From NCBI GenBank assembly GCA_964016885.1, contig OZ024745.1, positions 121,334,001 through 121,398,000 of the forward strand: 64,000 bases of DNA, in the 5' to 3' direction. The notes under the pieces were generated by a model. That model was not told the DNA's origin. It saw only the letters and a list, made by a program, of their open reading frames with translations, and did not search any database. This document shows positions 53,581 through 64,000 of this stretch, piece by piece. How positions within the stretch are numbered: the first letter of the stretch is position 1; every line of letters starts with the position of its first letter. This stretch comes from Eledone cirrhosa. Taxonomy: Eukaryota. A program made the translations under genes and the position numbers.

Positions 53581-54309
53581 GATAAATAGGTCTGAAAGTC
53601 AGTATAAAATGGCCGTAGGATTCGAAGTAGGTGTTTGCTTTCTCGCTGGTTTTCGATGAAATGTGTATATTGCCTGGGCGGCTGATCTCAGAAGTTTACT
53701 TCTATAAAGAAATAAGATATACATTTGGGTATATTTGATAATGTGATGTTTATATTTACTGGGCAGCTGATCTCAGAGACATATATTCAGATCTATTTGA
53801 TAACGTGGTTAACAGTGGAACAAATTGATGTGATTAAGCTCTCGGTCGAGTCGTTGTTTAACTACAATTAAACACTGATCGAAAAGTATTCCAGTCGTGA
53901 CCATCCGTCTTTTTATAAAATGTTTTTTTCAGATATAGTGGATCTAGAGCAACATTATTCAGTGTCTGTATATTTCTAAGTGGTAACGAGTGATTTGAGG
54001 GTAATTTGGCTGCTGCTTCTAATAGTTTGAGCGACCGCATAGAGATTTTCAGTGGTTCGTTATGCTTGAGCTGTTGTTGTTGTTGTTTGCGTTGTTGTTG
54101 ATTGCAAAGCGAACTTTTTAACCATGGAGCACCCACAATAGAACAGTAGGGACACAACTTCAAGAATACGGTCCGAACGTGGAAGAGCCGAACTCCCATT
54201 GTCATCGCTTCCATCTCTCTCGCCCTCCCCATCTCTCTGTATGGATATCGTGGGTAGTTCAACATCAGTTCACTTTCTCACATTTAACTTTTGTTGGATA
54301 CTCATACGT

Positions 54310-54393
<84 letters not shown>

Positions 54394-54479
54394 GGACGGT
54401 TAATTTTGGATACCCTACAGGGTGAAAAGTAAACCTTGTCAAAGGGCCGAGAATCAACGGCCGTCACATAGTGTGTGTG

Positions 54480-54541
<62 letters not shown>

Positions 54542-55057
54542 CTACTACTACACACACACACACACACACACATATTTGTCTTAAAAGACTTATTTTTCAG
54601 TGACTTCTCAATCAGCCGAGACAAATCTACATTTGGCGCAAAATCAATTTTTAACATTCACATGACCTCTACCGACCAATCAAAATTGTTTTGACCACAA
54701 GAATTTTTTCATACATCTGGAGCCACTTTTTTTACATAAAACAGGTAGAATTTCCAAAACTAATCAAATTAGAGCAAACATCACGGGCGCTCTATCTCAA
54801 AATTATTTTTGAAAAGCATTAGAAATGCGCAACCGGTAAAAACTTAAAACCAAAACTGAATACTAACCAATACTTATTACTAATTTTTACTTATTCCTAA
54901 TTAAACTATTTTTCACTGGGAACAATTTGTCAGCATTTTCTTTTCCTTTTACCAATCAAGGGCGGTGCCCCAGCATGGCCTCAGCCGGATGGCTGAAACA
55001 GGTAAAAGAGAGTAAAAGAGAAAATATCATAACTCGTGTGTTACACCTCTATTCTTT

Positions 55058-55098
<41 letters not shown>

Positions 55099-55979
55099 GG
55101 GCTCCAACGTGCTGGCCTCCCCACAGCCCCGGTGGACAGAATGGGGAAGGCGTTTCCCCGGAGGATGGTAAGGGAGATGCCATGGAAGAGCCATTCCATC
55201 TTGCATTGGTTCGTTATTGGAGACGTTGAGTGTTTTTGTGAAGAGAAAGAGAGACAGTAAAATACTGTTTTAAATATATTTAAATAGCTGTGTGGTTATG
55301 TGTATCAAGGTCTGTACGGCAGTATAGAGCTTTTTATTTATTCCTTCTCTTATTGTCGTCTGCACAATTTTTTCCTCACTTTGTATGGTCTGCCATTGGT
55401 TTTAATTCCGGTAGTTGTTTTGTGTTTTCTTTTCTTTTGTCCTTTCCAGATGTGATGGTATTGGGAGCAGATATACGTGATGATGTTAAGATTTGCAAGA
55501 TTTAAGTTGAGAGTCAGATCAAGTTGGATAAGTTGGAGATGTAAATCTGGTGATGGAACCGTCTAGTTAACAACCAGATTGGAAAATATCTCAAAATTTC
55601 TCTGACACAGTCGCATAAATCTGAATATATTTCTACTAGATCCCTACTTCTATTCATGTGGGGAGGGGGGGGGGGACGAAAAAAAAAACACACATATATA
55701 TATATACTACAGACATAAAAAAATACTGTTGTAGTTATTTGAAAGAATATCGGATGGAGATTTTAGAGTTGGAAAGCGGGGGTGAGGTGGGGAGATGAAC
55801 CTCTTCCGATCCCATCCTACCTCCAAAAAACCTCGGGATACTAATATATCACTGATGGAAATCATGTCGTCAGTTCAGCTGTGGATTTATGGCTTTTGAT
55901 TCCAGACGACTAAACATTTTCGTCAATTTCATCAAAATTCTTCCACCAGCTACCATCCATCTCAACCATTTTCTTCTCC

Positions 55980-55998
55980 TGCTCTCTCTCTCTCTCTG

Positions 55999-56034
<36 letters not shown>

Positions 56035-56055
56035 TCTCTCTCTTTCTCTCCCGAC

Positions 56056-56131
<76 letters not shown>

Positions 56132-57224
56132 TTCTCTCTTTCTCTCCCGACCTCTCTCTCTATATATATATATACACATTTTTTTTCTCCCTCCTCTCTC
56201 TCTCTCTCCCTCCCCCTTCTCTCTCTCTCTCTCTCTCTCTCCATCTCTCTCTCTCTCTCTCTCCATCTCTCTCTCTCTACATGAAGTTTGGTATGACTCC
56301 ATTCTGACTATTTATAAAATAATGAAGAAATTTTTCTTTTCTTCGGGGATGATTACAAAAAGCTATCTGTCCTGTCAAGAGAACGTAGTTTACGACCAAT
56401 TCCATGTTATTGGAGACGGAACATGCCTGTGTATTTGCCATGGTAATCTGATGCTAATAGAGATAGAGACATTCAATGTGTTCCGAACTGTGTCACTTTT
56501 ACGAGAAGGTTCTATTAACAAACCTAGAGAGAGAATGGTTTCTTATATAGGCACAAATATTACTAATAATAACAATAAGAAAGGCGAGAGAAAGAGAGAG
56601 AGAGACGGGGTGGGAGAAAGAGAGGGAGAAGGGGGTGAGAGAAAGGGAGGGAGAAGGGGTGGGAGAAAGAGAGGGAGGCGGGTGAGAGAAAGAGAGGGAG
56701 AAGGGGTGGGAGAAAGAGAGGGAGGCGGGTGGGAGAAAGAGAGGGAGAAGGGGTGTGAGAAAGAGAGGGAGAAAGAGAGGGAGGCGGGTGGGAGAAAGAG
56801 AGGGAGAAGGGGTGGGAGGCGGGTGAGAGAAAGAGAGGGAGAAAGGTGAGAGAAAGACAGGGAGAAAGGTGGGAGAAAGAGAGAGGGGGAGAAGTGGTGA
56901 GAGAAAGAGAGTGGGAAGGAGTGAGAGAAAGAGAGAGGGGGAGATGAGATAGAGATGAAGATAAAGAGAGAGAGAGAGAAGGGGTGAGAGAAAGAGAGGG
57001 AGAAGTGGTGAGAGAAAGAGAAGGGGAGAGATGAGATAGAGAGAGGGGGAGATGAGATAGAGATGAAGATAAAGAGAGAGATTTAGATTGGATGTGAAGA
57101 TAAGAGAAGAAGCGGGGAGCAAAAAGTGAGGAGTGTGGGTCATTCTAAAGAATTGTTTCTATTCTCGTTAATTTTAGTAGCAGTAATAGTAGTTATTGTT
57201 GTTGTTGTTGTAGTTATTGTTGTT

Positions 57225-57257
<33 letters not shown>

Positions 57258-58150
57258 GGAGCTTTTAAATTGACAATAAAATTCGACTACCACGAGGAAA
57301 ACAAACAGCATGAGCAACAACAACCACCATCAATACCACCACCACCAACACTACCACCTACACCAACCACCAACGCCACCACCACTACGACCTACACCAA
57401 CCACCACCAACAACAACAATACCACCAACACATACACCAACCACCAACGCCACCACCACCACCACTACCACCTACACCAACCACCAATGCCACCAGCACT
57501 ACCACCTACACCAACCACCACCACCACCAACAACAATAATACCACCAACACATACACCAACCACCAACGCCACCACCACTACCACCTACACCAACCACCA
57601 ACGCCACCACCACTACGACCTACACCAACCACCACCACCAACAACAACAACAATACCACCAACACATACACCAACCACCAACGCCACCACCACCACCACT
57701 ACCACCTACACCAACCACCAACGCCACCAGCACTACCACCTACACCAACCACCACCACCACCAACAACAACAATACCACCAACACATACACCAACCACCA
57801 ACGCCACCACCACTACCACCTACACCAACCACCAACGCCACCACCACCACCACCAGCACTACCACCTACACCAACCACCACCAACAACAACAACAATAAT
57901 ACCACCAACACATACACCAACCACCAACGCCACCACCACCAACACTACCACCTACACCAACCACCTACACCAACCACCACCAACAACAACAACAATACCA
58001 CCAACACATACACCAACCACCACCACCACCACCACTACCACATACACCAACACAAATAATCGCTTTTACGTTGGCACAGATATAATATTAATACAACAAC
58101 AACAACAACAACAACAATAATAATATTAATAAAAATAATAACAATAATAA
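55980..58150. repeat. CT/TA, GA-rich, GTT and CCA/CAA-rich simple repeats and minisatellites
   Basis: Direct reading; explains the ORFs at 55889-58059. Confidence 0.9.
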
Positions 58151-58397
58151 TTTCTTTATAATGATACCAAAATTGATGAGCTGTCTTTTGAGACAGCTGT
58201 ACTATTTTTTAAATTGCTGACTTTCAAACGAGGAACGTGCACAATGTCTTAAAGATTGTTTTGTCGTTGTGGGGGTGGAATGCTGTGGTCCATTTGTCTT
58301 ATCAATTATTGTCTAGTTTCAAAACTACTAACACTGATATTACCTACTTATTTCTTTAAAACAAATTCTTGAAAAATATGTACATATACATATATAT

Positions 58398-59161
58398 AAG
58401 TGATTCCCAACGTTGGGTGGGAAACAATTTGAATATTTAAGGGGACCAATTTGAAAATGATGTTAATGAGAATAAACCTCAGGTTTTACTTTATTACTTT
58501 TACACCAAGGCAACTTTGGTACACATTACTGTCAGAAACTCCTGTCTCACCTCCTCCACACATGTCACTGTGTATCTGGCACCACCTATATGGTACACAT
58601 CAGTGTCAGAAACTCCTGTCTCACCTCCTCCATCACAAATGTTATTGTGTATCTGGCACCACCTATATGGTACACATCACTGTCAGAAACTCCTGTCTCA
58701 CCTCCTCCACACATGTCACTGTGTATCTGGCACCACCTATATGGTACACATTACTGTCAGAAGCTCCTGTCTCACCTCCTCTACCACATGTTACTGTGTG
58801 TATCTGGCACCACCTATATGGTACACATCAGTGTCAGAAACTCCTGTCTCACCTCCATCACAAATGTTATTGTGTATCTGGCACCACCTATATGGTACAC
58901 ATTACTGTCAGAAACTCCTGTCTCACCTCCTCCATCACACATGTTATTGTGTATCTGGCACCACCTATATGGTACACATCACTGTCAGAAACTCCTGTCT
59001 CACCTCCTGCACACATGTTATTGTGTATCTGGCACCACATATACACCAATTTGTTTACACTTTACAGTTGACCATTGCTGTTTTCATATTAAAGCGAGGG
59101 GGGATAACAATTTTTTAGGCGTTGAGATGGTGTATGGTGCACAAACGGTTGGGAACCACTG
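58398..59161. mobile_element. hAT/Charlie-like MITE carrying a 74/77-bp minisatellite (7 units, 58517-59040)
   Basis: Ends AAGTGATTCCCAAC / GTTGGGAACCACTG; 8-bp flanks ATATATAT / ATATACAT. Confidence 0.75.
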
Positions 59162-59364
59162 ATATACATTTACATATGTACTTGAGAGTGTATGTGTATA
59201 TATATACTTCCCGTACACCATCCGGATTATCTGTCCTTGGTTCGATTTTTTTTTTTTCTTTTTGTCATTCTTTTTTCGCCACATTAGGTAAAATGGTTCT
59301 TTTTCATCGTCACTGCTTGCAATTCCCTGATGATATTTGTCAACTTGTTGTTTTCAAACACAAA

Positions 59365-59800
59365 ATGTACTGGCACCACCATAAAATGTACCCAGCCCAT
59401 TCCATAAAGTGGTAGTGCTTTTGTCACGATATAAAATGCATCCAGTCCAATTCGTAAAGTGGTAGGGTTGGTGCCATGATGAAATGCACTCAGTCGTCTC
59501 TGTAAAGAGGTAGTGTCGGTGGCACGTTAAAATACACATATTACATTCTTTAAAATGTGGTAGTGCTAGTTCCACGATAAAAAGCACCCAGTCCGTCTTG
59601 TAAGATGGTAAGGGTTAGTGCTATGATAAAATGCATCCCGCCCACTCTGTAAAGTGGTAATGCTAGTGCCATGATAAAATGCACCAAATCCACCCATGAA
59701 GTGTTGGTGCTGATGCCACAATGAAAAGCACCCAAGTACACGCTATAATATCTTTGGTGTGAGGAATGGATGGTATCTAATCGTAGAAATCCTGCCAAAA
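59365..59800 (+). repeat. Degenerate ~45-bp tandem repeat, probably a SINE internal segment
   Basis: GTGCCA(C/T)GATAAAA(T/A)GCACCCAGTCCACTCTGTAAAGTGGT recurs ~8 times, ending in ..CGTAGAAATCCTGCC. Confidence 0.6.
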
Positions 59801-59852
59801 CGAAACGTATGAACAAGACACGGCCATCTGACAAATACCAGCATGAATAACA

Positions 59853-60510
59853 GTGATGATTGTGATGATGATGATGATGATCATGATGGTGATGGTGAGG
59901 GTGATGGTGATGATGGTGATGGTGGTGATAATGATGGTGATAATGATAGTGCTGATAATGATGGTCGTGGTAATGATGATGGTGATGGTGATAACGATGA
60001 TGAGGGTGGTGATAGTGGTGATAATGATGGTGATGGTAATGATGATGGTGATAATGATAGTGCTGATAATGATCGTCGTGGTAATTATGATGGTGATGAT
60101 GATGATGATGGTGATAATGATGATGGTGATGATAATGATGGTGATGATAATGATGATGGTGATAATGATGGTGGTGATGATGGTGGTGATGATAATGATG
60201 ATGGTGATGATAATGATGATGATAGTGGTGATAATGATGGTGATGATGATGATGATGGTGGTGATGGTGGTGGTGTTGATGATGATGATGGTGGTGATGG
60301 TAATGATGATGGTGATAGTGATGATGATGATAGTGATGATGATGATAGTGGTAATGATGATGATGGTGATGGTGGTGGTGATGATGATGATGATGGTGAT
60401 GGTGATGATAATGATGATGGTGATGATGATGATGGTGGTGATGATCATGATGATGGTGATGATGATGGTGGTGATGATCATGATGGTGGTGGTGGTGATG
60501 ATAATGATGG
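59853..60510. repeat. (GAT/GGT/AAT)n trinucleotide repeat
   Basis: Direct reading. Confidence 0.95.
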
Positions 60511-62099
60511 CGCGAAGTTGATGAGTAGCTTGTTAGTCGAGCAATGGCAAGTAAGTGAAGTGTGTCTCAGTGAGTCAAGAGAAGCTCTGCTCTCCGACAG
60601 GTGGCGGTCGTGGCCCTTGGCAGCGGAGACTTGTAGTGAGAAGGCTGTGTTGTTTTAACTCGGGGTCACCATTTGTAGTGGATAAGTGTGATGAAAAGGG
60701 TGTGTGTTCGCATCACGTCGGCGGTCACCATGTTTGATGAAAAGAATAATGCCAGGATTGTGATGTTGACAATGTTTATTTTACAATAACAATATGTGAC
60801 AGAATTTATCACTACATTATTTGCTGGCTAGCTACTTCGAGCTAGCGTGAATGCATGTATCAGTACGACGATACAATATAACAGGGAGACGGAAGAATAG
60901 ATTAATATGAAACTTACTGTGTGTGTGTGTGTGTGAAGTGATATTACTGAGGGGAAGAGGGTTTCCCCAAATCGCATTGATAAGCATAAACAAATGAACA
61001 AGACGCCGCTAATTTTAATGTTTTTATTTATAACATGATTTACTTCGAAATCATGTGCAGCAATAAACAACGGGGGAAAATGCAAGTGTAGTTGTAGTGT
61101 GTAATGTGTGCAACTGTAGAATTCCAGAGTAGTAAAGTTTACTAACCTGTGTTGGTAGCAAGTTAATCTAGTGCCGATCCCAGCAGGACTGGCTAGCGAC
61201 TGTCTGTGTGTCTGTATCGCTACATTGCGAGGCTGACCAAGCTCTCTGTGTGTATGGCTACATTGCCAGGCTGACCAAACAAGCTGTCTGTGTGTTACAG
61301 AGTCGAAAAACAGACTCTATTGTTAGACCTCTGTCGTATCAGACGATGAGTGTTCTAGTTGGTTCAATCAATGGATGTGTCTGCTTGTTAAGTTAACGTG
61401 TAAGTGGCTGAGCATTCCAATAGACACATACATCCCTAACGGACTTTTTCAGGGAGATTCAGTATAATGCAATGTGTGACAAGGTCGACTCTTTGAATTG
61501 CATCCTCAACCCTCCTCCAGTTCCAATATCGTCTGCCAACCATGAAATTTATAAAATAAAAAGAAGATATCATGCAACGTCATCTTATTCAATGTCTCAT
61601 AAATTCAAAAGACAGGCGGGTACCCACCCCTTTCCAAACAACCCACCACCACCACTACCACAACCATCATCACCACCACTATCAACACCACCACCACCAC
61701 CATTCCCATCTTTTATTAACACACACCAATACCCTGCCCACCACTACAACTATTGAAAGGTCATATTACGAAATAAGGTAACTTATTTCAATTATTTCTT
61801 TGTAAATATAACTTCTTAGTGAATTTCTGTCACAAACCATCACTTTCTCATATTTGTTAACACCACTACTACCTACCATTACCAGGATATCAAACACTGG
61901 GTATCATGGCAGCTGCCTCACACATTTCTGTAGTTTTTTAATTTTCTTTAAACCCTGAACGACGACAACAGAAACAAGCAGATGTTATTTTGAATCATGG
62001 AAAATAATTTCTTGTTTTCCAAAGATGTTTATATGATCGGCAGCAGCAGATCTAAAGTTATAAATCTCAGCATTATCACAGAACACATCTCCTTTGCTA

Positions 62100-62320
62100 T
62101 CGCTGTGGATTGGCAGTATCAGTAGAGCGTTGGACAAGATACTTCGCAGCATAGAGTTACGGCCCTTTAAGTTCTGAGTTCAAATCTCGCCAAGGTTAGC
62201 TTTGCCTTTCATCTTTACGAGGTCGATAAAATAAAGCACCAGAAATACACTGGAGTCGATTTAATCGATTTTCCCCTTCCCCAAAATTGCTGGCCCTGTG
62301 CCTATTATAGAAATCATTAT
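62100..62320 (+). mobile_element. Family A SINE
   Basis: Head and core motifs. Confidence 0.88.
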
Positions 62321-62857
62321 CAAAGAACCAGCGATAAATCAATCAATCAATCAAAGAGTAAAAGAAAGAGAAAAGGTAACCATAATCGATTAATCAGACA
62401 GGGATAGTGTAAGGTGGAGGAATGTGTGGAACTAACAAGTTTATTTCTTCCTTTAGTTTATATCCGGTTTGAGTGTATCCGGCTTTTGTAATGGAAAACT
62501 GCAGTCGCTATGATGGCGTTATTTGTTATAGTTAGCAGAATGAGGTAAATATCGATTGGAATGTGTTTTCGGTTCTCTGTGACAAGCGACGTACATGAGC
62601 GGTAAGATGTTGGTGAAAGGAGCTCGGGGGTCGGGTTTCGAGTCTCAACATTTTTTTTTTCTTTTCTTTTCTTTTTTTTGTTTGTTTGTTTGTTTTTTGT
62701 TGATTCAGAGGACATATACAGAAAATGTAATAGAAACTGTACAATATACACGGTTTGAAGGACCCCGCCACCCGCCTCAAAAAAATGAAGCAACATAATA
62801 ATGGGAGTGGGGAGAGCGACAGACTCTTCACCCCAGTCTGAGCAGTGTTTCAGCTGC

Positions 62858-63252
62858 GTCACGCGCATAAAATAACAACGGTATTGCCACGGAGAATAGC
62901 CAGCAACACCTGCTGCAACAGCCACACTACAACACGAGGCTCCTCCCTCCGGCAGACTGACGCCTTTTCCGATTTAACGAAGGAAATCAGCAGTGTGGGG
63001 ACCTGAGGGCACCAGAGGTTTCGACGGCGACCCGTACGAAAAGGAAGAGATCGGTCAAGCTCCGGTATTTAGTTACCTTCTTTGCATTACTGGGGGGTGA
63101 TGCAGGGATTTGTTTTCCAGGTGGTGCATGGGGTTTGTAGTCGAGGCGGTGCAGGGGTTTGTTTGTATTCGAAGCGACAATGTTGGAGGCGAAGAACGAG
63201 TTACAAGACATCGCGTCCCAGATTAGGGATCTACATTCCACAGATGGGAAGG
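62858..63252 (-). pseudogene. CRE-like RLE endonuclease fragment (diverged second family)
   Basis: RSLIWDA...F.ASNI, K..KYRSLTD.F.FV.VAVETSGAL, then frameshifted EPRVVVWLLQQVLLAILRGNTVVIL. Confidence 0.75.
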
Positions 63253-63714
63253 AGGTTTATAGCAATTTAATTCAGGGGACGATGGAATTGGAGGGGGGGG
63301 GGGGCATGGGCCGACCCAATAATTATATTTTTCTCCCCAAACTACCAAAACACACAACTATTTGTATATGCTCTACAATTTATGTAGATCGAATTTATTT
63401 TTATATCATGATTGATAACAGCTAAACTAATCGCTACAACTAACAACTAAATTGACAACATTTGCCCCCCCCCCCCCCCCCCCTGTTTTCAAGGCCACTG
63501 TAATTTCCACTCCTCCTCCACGTGATTTTATGAAAAACAGGATTATATAAAATCACTTATCCTCTTTCTTATAAATGGCTCAACATTTCTTTGCTACTTT
63601 TTTTTTACCGCTTACAACATTGGAAATTATTGACTTGTCCATACAATGTTTTGATAAGCCGAAGTCTGCGAAACTTGAAATAAACAGTCACCATATTAAT
63701 AACATTATATATAT

Positions 63715-63745
<31 letters not shown>

Positions 63746-63860
63746 CATGTGTGTATATATACATATATATATATATAGATATATATATATATATACATGT
63801 GTGTATATATACATATATATATATATAGATATATATATATATATATGTGTGTATATATAC

Positions 63861-63894
<34 letters not shown>

Positions 63895-63914
63895 ATGTGT
63901 GTGTATATACATAA

Positions 63915-64000
63915 TTGTTTCTATTTTTGGCACAAAGCCAGCAATTTCCCAGTACATTACTGGTACTTTATTTTATCGACCCCCGTAATGAAAGGCAAAG
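63915..64000 (-). mobile_element. Family A SINE cut by the window edge
   Basis: CTGGTACTTTATTTTATCGACCCC. Confidence 0.85.

Noticed and set aside
52169-53659. 496-aa and 429-aa ORFs as genes
   Set aside because: They read through an 80-bp tandem repeat that cycles all three frames, antisense to a LINE 3' UTR.
57126-58059. Pro/Thr/His-rich extensin- or mucin-like ORFs
   Set aside because: They derive from a CCA/CAA minisatellite with no splice or domain evidence.
59843-60658. Asp/Gly-rich 271-aa ORF as an acidic biomineralisation protein
   Set aside because: It is a trinucleotide repeat open in several frames, has no signal peptide, and its unique tail includes a CRE fragment (LSDR..PLAAET).

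Overview
AT-rich, extremely repeat-dense eukaryotic intergenic or intronic DNA with no convincing host protein-coding exon. The SINE and microsatellite repertoire resembles an octopus (cephalopod) genome; this is inferred from recall of the repeat families, not from a search. Nearly all ORFs in the supplied track are read-throughs of micro- or minisatellites. The real coding remnants all come from retroelements: a 5'-truncated Naiad-type Penelope-like element (PLE; RT plus GIY-YIG, ~32.0-34.6 kb), a Neptune-type GIY-YIG fragment, RTE-like, R4/Dong-like and several CRE-like (RLE endonuclease) LINE fragments. The window also holds dozens of tRNA-derived SINEs from two main families, Helitron, piggyBac, Tc1/mariner/pogo and hAT non-autonomous elements, and several TE-derived tandem arrays. 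The most interesting signal is a set of at least four unrelated families of short fold-back elements inserted in (TA)n tracts. They carry complete or partial type I hammerhead ribozymes (complete folds at 39342-39396 +, 39288-39341 -, 19176-19240 + and 18354-18419 -). They often turn back exactly at the ribozyme stem II loop, and they share a downstream ACTC...GAGT stem-loop. Coordinates were read by eye and may be off by a few bases.
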